In this document: piece by piece, positions 48,208 to 58,076 of the stretch
Layout of the letters: the number at the start of each line of letters is the position of its first letter
Numbering within the stretch: position 1 is the stretch's first letter
Assembly: GCA_963762255.1 (NCBI GenBank)
Contig: CAVXKA010000001.1
Location: 1,440,001 to 1,504,000 of the forward strand
Length of the DNA stretch: 64,000 nt
Source: Candidatus Eiseniibacteriota bacterium
GTDB taxonomy: Bacteria > Eisenbacteria > RBG-16-71-46 > JABDJR01
Direction of reading: 5' to 3'
The notes under the pieces: generated by a model
Database searches by the model: none
Told to the model about the DNA's origin: nothing
Seen by the model: only the letters and a program-made list of their open reading frames with translations
Translations under genes and position numbers: made by a program

Positions 48208-49390
48208 ATGCGACAGAGTGGATGGCGGCTTTCTGCCGTCGCGCTGATGGGAGCGGCAACGCTCGCCCTTCTACTTTTCGGGTGCGGCGACGATAAGTCG
48301 ATCACATCCGGCTTCGATGGCTTCGAGAATGAGACCGCCGAGATGTCCATCGACCTCGGTATAGAGGACGGCGGAGTCGGGACGTCGGCCGAGCAACCGG
48401 GCTTCGGCGAAAGCTACTTCGACCGGTACCTGCAGGGCGGGGAGCCGGTCGTCGATGCGTTGAACGCGGATCCGAGAATGAATCCTCTCGAGCGGCGTCC
48501 CGGTACCTCCGTGCAGTACCTGCGCGTCACGTGGGGAAACCTGCGGCGCGGGCCCGAAGCGGTCGACGACACGACGCGGGGGCCGGTCCTCGACTGGAGC
48601 GGCAAGGCGGTCGTCTCCGATGGGCTCCTCCTGCCGCTGCAGGTGCTCCGCTTCGAGCGCGGTGACTTTCTCGTGCGCCCCACGAAGCCGGAGCCGGGCC
48701 AGCCTGCCAACCGCCAGGTTGTGGAGTGGGTCTCCAAGACCGCGGGCGCGTGGGACGGTGTCCTGCTCAAGATCGTGGTGCCTCCGGCGGGTGACTCCAC
48801 GTTCGCCGCCTATCGCTTGAACGTCAATGGGGACGGGCTCACCGTCGACGACCTCTTCACATTCGACACCGAGCTTCTCGACGTGAGCTTCCCGCTGAAC
48901 GGGATCGCTGATCTCGACACCGTGATCCTGCTCGACGAAGAGAACGGGGTCTCGTTCACCGGCTTCAGCCGGGAAGACGTGGAACTCTGCCCGCGGGGCG
49001 CCCTCGTCGGCGCGTGGGTGAAGGTGGACACCGACAGCGCGAACGGCGGGTTCTTCCGCGCGGTGTGGGAAGGTCCCCTCGGCGACGTGCGCGGCCATCT
49101 GCGAGGCCGCTGGGGTGTTCTCGAGGACGGCACCCAGGCCTTCGTCGGCAAGATCATCGACCGCAAAGGCGGCTATGCCGGCTTCGTGCGCGGGACGTGG
49201 GAGGCGGATGCCGCCGATCCCACCCAGGGGACATTTCACGGAATCTGGAAGCGGCGAGCCGGCGACGGACCGCCGGCGGTGGTCGGGACCGTGCGCGGTG
49301 TGTGGGGCCTGAGCGACCGCATCCGAGAAGGGTGGACTCCTTCGCGGGGTGTGGAAGAAGGACTGCGGGGAAGCGAACGGCGCCGACTGA
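48208..49390 (+). CDS. Lipoprotein with C-terminal G-x-x-x-G-x-W repeats; apparent +1 frameshift near 49324
   Basis: AGGAGG RBS, lipobox LFGC; the repeat continues as GGLLRGVWKKDCGEANGAD* in a shifted frame ending at 49390, just before a terminator. Confidence 0.7.
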
Positions 49391-49426
49391 CCGACGCGAG
49401 TCACGCAGATCCTAACCGGACCAGGA

Positions 49427-49461
49427 AAGGCGGGGCGGTCTCGTGGAGGCCGCCCCGCCTT
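49427..49461 (+). terminator. Terminator-like hairpin
   Basis: aaggcggggcggtctc/gaggccgccccgcctt 16-bp stem. Confidence 0.65.
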
Positions 49462-49506
49462 GCTGCGTGATATCCTGACCCGTCTCAAACCAGGAGGGTC
49501 CGTCTC

Positions 49507-49986
49507 GTGTCCGATGCGCATCCCCGCCTCGATTGGGATCAGTACTTCATGCAGATCTGCCGGGTGGTGGCCCAGCGTTCCACCTGTAACCGGGCCGCGG
49601 TGGGTGCGGTGATCGTGCGAGCGCGCGCGATCCTGGCCACCGGGTACAACGGCTCTCCTGCGGGCATGCCGCACTGCACGGAAGTGGGGTGCCTCGTCAC
49701 CACATCGCGCACCCCCGACGGCGAGGAAGAGGAGAACTGCTTCCGGACCATCCACGCGGAAATCAACGCCATCGCCCAGGCGGCCAGGCACGGCGTGATG
49801 ATCGCGGGCAGCGACATCTACATCACCCACAGCCCCTGCATCCACTGCCTGAAGACGCTCATCAACACGGGCATCCAGCGCGTCTGCTACGAGAAGCCGT
49901 ACAAGCTCGACCGCGTCGAGGAGCTGGTGCGCCTGAGCGGGATCCGGATGGTGCAGGTGAGCATGGACGAGATCGCGAGACCCTGA
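49507..49986 (+). CDS. dCMP deaminase / ComEB-family deaminase
   Basis: WDQYFM…RSTC…VGAVIV…TGYNG…HAEINAI…SPCIHC. Confidence 0.9.
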   Translation: MSDAHPRLDWDQYFMQICRVVAQRSTCNRAAVGAVIVRARAILATGYNGSPAGMPHCTEVGCLVTTSRTPDGEEEENCFRTIHAEINAIAQAARHGVMIAGSDIYITHSPCIHCLKTLINTGIQRVCYEKPYKLDRVEELVRLSGIRMVQVSMDEIARP

Positions 49987-50017
49987 ACTCCACGGTCTGC
50001 TCGCGTCCCGGGCTTTC

Positions 50018-51331
50018 CTACTCCCCGACGCGCGGCGGCGCGTACTCCTCGTCGAGCCGCACCGGGTACGCGTAGGGACTTCCCCAGAGCGTGCGGAAGT
50101 CGCGGTCGAGCGCGGCGGTGAGTTCTCGGCTCTGTGCCACCAACCCCACGTTGCGCGTCGTGTAGAAGTAGCTCTTCTCCCAGTTGCTCGTCCCCACCCA
50201 GCATGTCGTCCCGTCCACGGTCATGTACTTGGCGTGGGTCACGCGCGCGAAGGGGATGAAACCCGTCGAGGCCTCGGGGATCGTGACGAGGCGCACTTCA
50301 ATCCCCGGCACGCAGGTGAGGCTCTTGAGGAAGTCGATCGCCGGTTTGCGCTTGCTCCAGTCGGCGACCATGAGCCGCACGCGAACGCCTCGCACCGCCG
50401 CCCGCCGCAGCGCGTCGTCGAGCTCCGGCCAATAGGTCTTGTCGCGCGAGACCGGGTTGTACGTGAGGACGGTGACCTGGATCGAGTCGCGCGCGCCGTC
50501 GATGGCCGCAACGATCTGCGGGAGATCCCACGAGGTGGGGTCGGGGAGGCGGCCGGTCGGGCTCATGGCAGGGCGGAAGCGCGCGGTGTCTCCGGACGCC
50601 TCGATCCACGCGAAGGGGAGATGGGCTCTGTAGGTCAGAATGGGGCCCGTCACCTCCGGGAGCGGCCGCGCTGCGTCCAGCGGACTCGCGTCGGCCCAGT
50701 CCGCCTCGAATACCCGATCCAGCTCGACCGCGTACTCTGGGAAGGGGACGCGCACCCCGATCTCGTGGATGTGCTCGAGCGCGCGCCAGTCGAAGTTCTG
50801 GCTCCCGAAATACGCCTCCCACGCATCGACCACAAAGTACTTGGCGTGCATGACGCCGCCGGTGAGCGCGCGGTAGTCGATGAGCCGCACCTGCACGTTC
50901 TTCGCCCGCGACAGCCGGTCGAGCGTGGCGGGGTAGGTCTTGTAGAACCCGGCGTCGCCGAGCACCCGCACCCGCACGCCTCGCTCGCCGGCCGCCTCGA
51001 TGGCGACGATCGTCGGTTCGAGGCGGCTCCCCGGCTCGTCCGAGAAGTAGAAGCTCGGCGACGTCGAGCGTGCTCCGGGCCCGGCCGATCATCTCCGGCC
51101 ACACCTGCCACGCATCGGGCACCTCCGGGTGGTCGAGGATCGTCTCCACAGGCGCGGTCTCGACGACCGTGATCGATGCCGGGGGGTCAGAGGAAACCTC
51201 TCCCGCGTGTGCGGGACACCAGGATGCCACGGCCAGCGCTGCCGAGAACAGGCCGACGCGGCGGAGAAGCGGGCGCAGTGACCGAACGAGAGCGGGCGCA
51301 GTGACGCGAGCGAGAGCGGGCTGGTTTTCAC
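50018..51331 (-). CDS. Secreted phospholipase D-family protein (two HKD motifs); frameshift near 51053
   Basis: MHAKYFVVD…GSQNFDWR and THAKYMTVD…GTSNW; the N-terminus (VETAPVET…WPEMIGRARSTLDVAE) joins FYFSDEPG after removing one base. Start uncertain. Confidence 0.8.
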
Positions 51332-51398
51332 GGGCGGCCTCCGCTAGATTGAGCTTTGCTGCGGGAAACGTCCTGGATCTTACGCCCACGCCCCGCGC

Positions 51399-52727
51399 AT
51401 GAGGAACCCGCTCGTGATGCGTCTTCGCCCCGCTCTCAGAACGGGATCTCCGCGCCGGCCGGTCATGCTCCCGGTTGCGTCCGCGCTTGTGGCTGTCACC
51501 ATGCTCCTGACGGTGGGGACGGCTCGAGCGCAGAGTACGATGTGGGACGCCTTCCGCAAACGTCCGTCCGAGCCGGTCGTCTATCCGGAGATCCTGCGCG
51601 ACGCGGCGTGGGTCAAGGTTCATGCGGCGGATCGCAACGTGATCGTCGTGGACGCGCGCCCCGCCGCCGCGTTCGCTGCGGGGCACGTGCCGGGAGCAAG
51701 ACGCGTCGATCCCACCGCCTGGGACGGTCGCATCGACGCTCTGGCCGCCTGGTTCGCAGGCGCGGGCGTGTCCAGCGACGGCGAGGTCGTGTGCGTCTCC
51801 GATCGCGCGAACCCAGCCGCATCGGGCGCGCTCTTCTGGCTTCTCGAATTGGCCGGCCATCCGCACGTCACCCTGCTCAACGGCGGCATGGAGGCATGGC
51901 GGGGTGCCGGCGGCGCAATCGAGGACGGTGAGGCCTCGGCGCGCGCGGCGCACTTTGCCGCCGCTCCCGACACATCCAGGATCTGCGACTACGCCTTCGT
52001 GCGCGCCCGCTTCGGAACGCGGGGGACCAGCATCCTGGACTGGCGCTCGGCGGAGGCGTGGGCGACAGGCCACATCCCGCACAGCCTGCCCTTTCCGCTC
52101 GAGACGCTCGTCACCGAGGACGGGCTCACTCGCACGGGCCCCGACATGCGCCCTCTCTTCGAGCAGTGGGGGCCGCGCGAGCGGGAGTACGTGGACCTGA
52201 GCGACGAGATCGTCGTGTGCGGCGACCTGCGTCCGAGCGACGCGCCGATCCACCCGTACTTCGCCGCGCGCCTTGCCGGGATTGCCCGCGTGCGCGTCTA
52301 CCCCGAAGGGTTCTCGGGATGGCGCGCGCATGCCGACGCCCCCGTCGTCCGCCTGATCGGAACGGAGGAGCTGCGCGGCATGCTCCACGCGGCGTGGGGC
52401 CGGACCTTGCCGGACATCCCTCCGCCGCGCTTCATCCTGCTCGACCTGCGTGGGGAGAACGATTTCAGACGGGGGCATCTGCCCGGCGCCCTGAGCCTGC
52501 AGCCCCACCTGTTCGAGAAGTACCTCGACTACCTGGCGGGTGAGTACTGGCCGGGGGCCGACCGGGCCCGTATCCCCCTGGTCGTCTATTGCTACGGACC
52601 CACCTGCACCCGCAGCCGGAACGGCTCGACCCAGGCCGCCCGGCGCGGCTTCCTGAACCTCTTCTGGTACAAGGAAGGCACGCAGGGATGGCGAGCGGCG
52701 GGCGAGACCTGGATCGAGGGCGAGTGA
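51399..52727 (+). CDS. Secreted multi-domain rhodanese/sulfurtransferase
   Basis: Three rhodanese units (DAR…GHVPGA, DWR…GHIPHS, DLR…GHLPGA); last has VVYCYGPTCTRS. Confidence 0.82.
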   Translation: MRNPLVMRLRPALRTGSPRRPVMLPVASALVAVTMLLTVGTARAQSTMWDAFRKRPSEPVVYPEILRDAAWVKVHAADRNVIVVDARPAAAFAAGHVPGARRVDPTAWDGRIDALAAWFAGAGVSSDGEVVCVSDRANPAASGALFWLLELAGHPHVTLLNGGMEAWRGAGGAIEDGEASARAAHFAAAPDTSRICDYAFVRARFGTRGTSILDWRSAEAWATGHIPHSLPFPLETLVTEDGLTRTGPDMRPLFEQWGPREREYVDLSDEIVVCGDLRPSDAPIHPYFAARLAGIARVRVYPEGFSGWRAHADAPVVRLIGTEELRGMLHAAWGRTLPDIPPPRFILLDLRGENDFRRGHLPGALSLQPHLFEKYLDYLAGEYWPGADRARIPLVVYCYGPTCTRSRNGSTQAARRGFLNLFWYKEGTQGWRAAGETWIEGE

Positions 52728-52736
52728 GGCTCTGCG

Positions 52737-53270
52737 CTAGCTGAGCCCCGCTCCCGGATCGATCCCCAAGAGTCCGATCACGACTCTCCTGATGAGGTGA
52801 TGACGATCCAGCCCAACAAGACAGTGATCACCGCGCGGCGGGTGCTGAAATCCAGGGCTTGGCGAATGGCCACGACGCCGGCGACGAGAGCCCAAACCCC
52901 GCCGATGAGCCCCAGCCACCCTCCCACCTTCGGGATGAAGACGAAGAAGGAGAGCAGAGTCGGAGTGTGGGCGTAACCCAGGACGCGCAGCATCTCGCCC
53001 ATGTTCGATTCCGTGTCCGGTCCCTTGGTGACGCGGGTTCCGATCAGGAGCGTGATCCCCGACCAGATCATCCAGCTGATGAAAGAGGCGATCACGCCCA
53101 CGATGAGGGTCTTCACGTCCCCTCCGTGGCCGATCATGAGTCCCAAGACCCCAAGCCAGCGAGGCCAGGAGCACCACGATCGCCGACTCCCTCGTGTAGG
53201 ACGAGTCGGTCTCCACCATCTCGTAGAACTGCGTGTCGAGCCGCGCTGCACGCATCATCCGAGTGAGCAT
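52737..53270 (-). CDS. Yip1-like membrane protein with two compensating frameshifts (about 53155 and 52797)
   Basis: RMMRAARLDTQFYEMVE start, then LRVLGYAHTP…AIRQALDFSTRRAVIT in a second frame. Confidence 0.65.
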   Translation of the reverse strand: MLTRMMRAARLDTQFYEMVETDSSYTRESAIVVLLASLAWGLGTHDRPRRGREDPHRGRDRLFHQLDDLVGDHAPDRNPRHQGTGHGIEHGRDAARPGLRPHSDSALLLRLHPEGGRVAGAHRRGLGSRRRRRGHSPSPGFQHPPRGDHCLVGLDRHHLIRRVVIGLLGIDPGAGLS

Positions 53271-53307
53271 GAATCCCCCCTTGTCGGTCCCTCGATCGCC
53301 GGACGGA

Positions 53308-56130
53308 TCAGCGGGGCGCTGTCCCCACCGGCGTCTCCGGCATCAGCCGGATGACGGTGTGATTGTCGTCCGGGTAATACCGGGCGAACGTCTCCTGTAG
53401 CTTCTTGGCGGTGATGTCGTCGATGCGCTCCCGCCGCGCCAGGATTCGCCGAGGATCCCATCCCAGGGCGTCCACGGTGCTGAAGCTCGATAGCCAGTAC
53501 CGGTTCTGCTTGGCCGATGTCTCGAGCTCGCGGATCTGGATCTCCTGGACCTTCGACACTTCCTCCGCGGTCGGGCCGTCGCGCTTGAATCTCGCGATCT
53601 CCTCAAAGACCTTCGCGGTGAGCGTGTCCGCGCTCTCCGGCGCCGAGCCGAAGCTGATCGAGGTCTCGCCGTACCCCGGGTAGGGGGACAGGTTCGACTC
53701 GCTCACGCCGACCGAGTACGTCCCGCTCAACGCCTCGCGCAACAGCTCGCGGAGCCTCGTCTCCAGGATGTCGTTCGCTCTGCGGAGCATGAACATTTCT
53801 ATCTCATCCAACCTGGTGAGGGCGGGCCAGGTGATCAGGGTCTGGCTCTTGGGCTCGGTCCCCGCGTTCACCGTGCGCTCGATCACCCCATCCGGAAAGC
53901 GCACGCCCGGATCGGTGTACGTCGAGCGGGGGCCGGGCCGGGCCGGCAGCGAACCCAGGTAGCGGGCGACGAGCGGTTCCATGGACTCCACCGTGAACGC
54001 ACCCACGAAGTAGAAGTGGAAATCCGCCGCGTTGGCGAAAAGTCTCCGGTAGAACGTGTAGGCCACTTCACGATCCACGGTGTCCAGTATCTCGACCGTC
54101 CACGGTCGGAACATATAGTGATTGCGATGGTTCACAATCCCCGCCTCGTCCGCGAACCGCATCTCGGGCACGGCCCTGAGGCTCTGGAGGAGCGTGCGCC
54201 ATTGCCCCATCACGACCTGGAACGCATCCGGGCGGTCGTTGGGAGCGGTGAAGACGAGGTGGGTGAGCTGGAGCGCAGTCTCCAGCTCGCGGGGAGTCGC
54301 CTTCCCGCTCACACCGTGCTGAAAATCAGTGACGAATGGAGCGGCCGAGGCGATCTTGCCGGAGAGCATCTTCTGCAGATCGACGGGGGTGAATCCGCCG
54401 AAGCCCGCCTGCTGGATGTAGCTGTCGGCGAAATTGACCGAGCGGTACACGCCGCTGTCGGCGAGCGAGAATCCTCCCGAGGCAGCCGCGGAAAACAGGA
54501 TCTCGTCGTTCTTGAAATCGGTCGGCTTGAGCCAGACCTCGACCCCGTTCGAGAGCGTGAGGATCGTGAGGTCCATCTCGGGGATCGTGCGCCGCGCGGA
54601 GATCACGCCCGGCTCCGGAAGTTGCGCCAAGAGTCCGGTCGCGGCGGGGGCATCCTCGTAGGCCGAAGGGCTCGTTCCCTCGGCCTCTGTCACTACCGCC
54701 ACCAGCGCGGAAGAATCGGGAAACGCCGCGCCGCTCTTCTCCGGGGCGGTGGCGAGTACGATCGAGTTATCGGCGTGGACGAGCCGCGAAACCGCGACGT
54801 TGACCTCGTCCAGCGTGATGGCGGCCATGATCTCGCCGGCCAGCGCGAACTCAACGGCGATGCCGGGAATCGGTTCCCCATCCAGGAAGTTGTTCGTGTA
54901 CTCCTTCACGTAGGCGCCGCTCTCGGTCTTGTCGCGTTCGTTGAAGGCCCGCTCCAGCGAGGCCAGGAAACGCGCCTTGGCCCGCTCCAGCTCGCCGGCG
55001 GTGAACCCATGCGATCGCACACGCGCGGTCTCTGTGACGATCGCCTGCAGGCCGCGGGTCGTCCCCCCCTCCGGCACCATCGCGCCCACCCGGAACATGT
55101 CGAGCGCGCGCACGAAGGAACCCGCGCCGCTCCCGGCAAAGGTGAACGGGGCGTCGGGCTTCTGGGCGATCTCCTCGAATCGCGCGTTGAGCATGCTGCT
55201 GAAGAGGATGTCGACCATCGCCCGCCGGTAGTCTCCCACCGTCCCTTGAGGCAGGCGCGGGTGCGCGAAGAGGAGGCTCACCTGGGTCACCGGCTGCTCG
55301 GGGTCGACGGCAGGCGCGGCGCGCAGACCGGGGTGCGACGGGACATCGAACGTCGGTCGACCCGCGGGATCCGCCGGACGCGGGATGCCTCCGAAGTGCT
55401 CGCGGATGAGCTCTTCGACCGCGGTGGCATCGAAGTCGCCCACCGCCACCACCGCCATGAGGTCCGGGCGATACCAGCGCCGGTAGAACTCCCGCACGCG
55501 CTCTGCGGTGGCGCCTTCGATCACTTCAGGGCGGCCGATCGGGAAGCGCTCAGGATAGAGCGATCCCTCCAGCAATACCGGCCATTGCTTGCGCCGGATG
55601 CGCTCATCGGCACCGCGCCCGAGCCGCCACTCCTCGAGGATCACCCCGCGCTCCTTTTCGACCTCCACCGGGTCGAACGTGATGGCGTGAGCCCAGTCGC
55701 TCAGCACGAGGAACCCGGTATCGAGGAGCCCCTCCCGATCGGTGGGGATCTCGAGCATGTAGACCGTCTCGTCAAAGCTCGTGTACGCGTTGAGATCGGG
55801 CCCGAAGCGGGAGCCGATCGACTCCAGGAACGAGATGAGTTCGTTGGCCGCGAAGTGCTCCGTGCCGTTGAACGCCATGTGCTCCACGAAATGGGCGTAC
55901 CCCTGCTGGTCGTCCCGTTCGAGCAGCGAGCCTGCGTTCACCGCCACCCGCAGCTCGGCGCGATGCTCCGGCTTGTGGTTTTCGCGAACGTAGTAGGTGA
56001 GCCCGTTCTCGAGCCGGCCGATGCGTACCCCCGGGTCTACGGGGAGCGGATCCGATGCGGGGGGAAGGGCCAGAGCCGGATGGACCAAGCAGAGGCCGAG
56101 GAGGAGGGCGAGGGTCAGACGCAGTGACAT
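53308..56130 (-). CDS. M16-family zinc protease (PqqL-like)
   Basis: GRLENGLTYY, AHFVEHMAFNGT inverted zinc motif, LNAYTSFDETVY, ERGVILEEWR, LSNGVEVWLKPTDF. Confidence 0.93.
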   Translation of the reverse strand: MSLRLTLALLLGLCLVHPALALPPASDPLPVDPGVRIGRLENGLTYYVRENHKPEHRAELRVAVNAGSLLERDDQQGYAHFVEHMAFNGTEHFAANELISFLESIGSRFGPDLNAYTSFDETVYMLEIPTDREGLLDTGFLVLSDWAHAITFDPVEVEKERGVILEEWRLGRGADERIRRKQWPVLLEGSLYPERFPIGRPEVIEGATAERVREFYRRWYRPDLMAVVAVGDFDATAVEELIREHFGGIPRPADPAGRPTFDVPSHPGLRAAPAVDPEQPVTQVSLLFAHPRLPQGTVGDYRRAMVDILFSSMLNARFEEIAQKPDAPFTFAGSGAGSFVRALDMFRVGAMVPEGGTTRGLQAIVTETARVRSHGFTAGELERAKARFLASLERAFNERDKTESGAYVKEYTNNFLDGEPIPGIAVEFALAGEIMAAITLDEVNVAVSRLVHADNSIVLATAPEKSGAAFPDSSALVAVVTEAEGTSPSAYEDAPAATGLLAQLPEPGVISARRTIPEMDLTILTLSNGVEVWLKPTDFKNDEILFSAAASGGFSLADSGVYRSVNFADSYIQQAGFGGFTPVDLQKMLSGKIASAAPFVTDFQHGVSGKATPRELETALQLTHLVFTAPNDRPDAFQVVMGQWRTLLQSLRAVPEMRFADEAGIVNHRNHYMFRPWTVEILDTVDREVAYTFYRRLFANAADFHFYFVGAFTVESMEPLVARYLGSLPARPGPRSTYTDPGVRFPDGVIERTVNAGTEPKSQTLITWPALTRLDEIEMFMLRRANDILETRLRELLREALSGTYSVGVSESNLSPYPGYGETSISFGSAPESADTLTAKVFEEIARFKRDGPTAEEVSKVQEIQIRELETSAKQNRYWLSSFSTVDALGWDPRRILARRERIDDITAKKLQETFARYYPDDNHTVIRLMPETPVGTAPR

Positions 56131-56217
56131 ACGCGTTCCTTTCGACGGGGGGCTGGTCCGAACGCGCAGAGTCTATAGGAACCGGCCGGGACCGGCCAGC
56201 GGGGGCAAGACAGGTCG

Positions 56218-57135
56218 TCAGGCGGCCCGACTACCCGATTCCTGCTGGATCTGCAGCGCGTCATCGAGGCGGCGGATGGTCTGGCGCATCCACTCCGCCT
56301 GCTCGGCATGCCGGCAGGTGATGCCTGCGTGCTCGGCGAAGACTTGCGCCGCCTGGAGGTCGTCGGGTCCGTACTGCTTCCCGTCGTTGGGATTGGTTAC
56401 GTTGAGCACACCCACCAGCTCCCCGCGGACCTCGATCGGAACGATCATCGAAGCGTTGATGGAGTAGTCCCTGGGCTTGAAGCCGACGTACTGGGACGTG
56501 TCGACCGTCGGGCCGAGGAGGAGCGGCTCGCGATGCTGTGCCACCCAACCGGCGATTCCCTCGCCGATGTGGGTGCGCAGTCCGACCAGTTTCTCGGAGC
56601 TCTCCTCGCCGGTGACTGCACGCAACTCGAGATCCCCGGTTGCGCGGTCGACGAGCATGAGGGAGACCTGACGGCAGTCGAAGGTGTCCAGGCACGCCCG
56701 GGTAATGATGTCGAAGATGGCCTGTCGACTGGTCTCGGTGCTCACCGCCCGGCTCACGGTGAGTAGGGCGTAGAGATGATCGCAGTGACGCTGCATGCGT
56801 TCGGCACTCTCCTGCCGCGATGCGCGTAGCCGGCGGCGGAGGCTCGCGACTTGAAACTGCTGGCGGGTCAGGTGCGCGGTGAAGAGGAACACCATCAGAG
56901 ACAGCCCCACCATCAGGATCGTCTCGGTCTGCGCCCACGGCCAGAGCGTCCCGACCCTGTCCCGTAGCTGCGGCAGAAGGCCGGTGACCAGGCCCGAGGT
57001 TGTGAGGATCATCACGCCGGCGATGAGAAGCCAGTTGTGCCAACTCAGACGGTCCAGCGCAGCGTCCTCTGCGTTGGGATCCGCAGGGTTGACGCAGACG
57101 AGTACGTCGTTCGGATCATGTCGGCTTGGCGGCAT
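56218..57135 (-). CDS. Membrane protein with coiled coil and C-terminal GAF domain, no output domain
   Basis: Two TM helices; VSLMLVD…GEGIAGWVA…SMIVPI…VGVLNV…Y…DL GAF signature; stop shortly after. Confidence 0.8.
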   Translation of the reverse strand: MPPSRHDPNDVLVCVNPADPNAEDAALDRLSWHNWLLIAGVMILTTSGLVTGLLPQLRDRVGTLWPWAQTETILMVGLSLMVFLFTAHLTRQQFQVASLRRRLRASRQESAERMQRHCDHLYALLTVSRAVSTETSRQAIFDIITRACLDTFDCRQVSLMLVDRATGDLELRAVTGEESSEKLVGLRTHIGEGIAGWVAQHREPLLLGPTVDTSQYVGFKPRDYSINASMIVPIEVRGELVGVLNVTNPNDGKQYGPDDLQAAQVFAEHAGITCRHAEQAEWMRQTIRRLDDALQIQQESGSRAA

Positions 57136-57324
57136 CTCGGCTCCTTCGATCGGGGAAAACCCCGCGTCTTCCGTATATCGGCGGCCGAGGGGTGCGTCAT
57201 CGGCGCGGCGGAGGGCAGGCCGCGGGGGGGGCATGAGCTTGGGGCGAAAACCCCGCGGGGGCCCTTCCGGGGGGCCGATTCTCATAGAGTCCCGCCTTCA
57301 GTCGAGCCTGATTCGTATCTCCGC

Positions 57325-58047
57325 TCAGACTTGGGTGACTCTAGCCTCGCGGCGAAGGAACGCGTAGGCCAGGAGGCCGCTGTTCAGGTCGATGAAGGCG
57401 TGCAGGAGCATCGGGACCCAGAGGCTTCCGCTGACGGTGTAGAGGATGGCCATGCCGAGGCCCACCAGCGCCGTCTGTCCAACTCCCCGCGTTCCCTGAT
57501 AGGCGTGGGCCATTCCGAAGAGAAGCGAAGCCAGGAGGATCGCCGGGATCGGCGGGACGAGGGCCCGCAGATACCAGATCACGAAACCTCGGAAGAGAAC
57601 CTCCTCGCAGATGCCGGCGGTGACCGAGAGGGCGCTGAAGTGAACGAGTTCGCGGCGCGTGTGAGGAAGCAGCGGACGCAAGGGCTCCAGGTGAGCGAGC
57701 ACCGTCGCGCGCGCCTCGTCGTCGACCTCGCGCACGAGATTCACCCGCTGACGCCCGACGAAAACTGCGAAGCCCGCCGCCAGAACGAGGGCGGTCCAGA
57801 ACCCCCAGCCGGAGGGCGCGCGAAACCCCAGATCCGACCACCCTCGACTCTGGATCGCCCAGGCGGCGAGCGTCGCGGCCAGGAGCGCCCACTCCGTGGT
57901 CAGGCTCTGGAAGTAAGCCCGATGGCGCGCGTTCCGTAGCCGCTCGGCGGCGGCCCGCACGAGGCGGGGATACCAGAAGAGGAGGTCGTGTACCGGCAGC
58001 AGGATGGTGATGAGGGCCACCACCACATGATCGAGCGGGGTCAGCAT
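57325..58047 (-). CDS. CPBP (Abi/CAAX type II) intramembrane metalloprotease
   Basis: TAGICEEVLFRG, FGMAHAYQG, GSLWVPMLLHAFID. Confidence 0.9.
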   Translation of the reverse strand: MLTPLDHVVVALITILLPVHDLLFWYPRLVRAAAERLRNARHRAYFQSLTTEWALLAATLAAWAIQSRGWSDLGFRAPSGWGFWTALVLAAGFAVFVGRQRVNLVREVDDEARATVLAHLEPLRPLLPHTRRELVHFSALSVTAGICEEVLFRGFVIWYLRALVPPIPAILLASLLFGMAHAYQGTRGVGQTALVGLGMAILYTVSGSLWVPMLLHAFIDLNSGLLAYAFLRREARVTQV

Positions 58048-58076
58048 CGGGTGGGGATTCCAGGCGCGCGCGTCGT

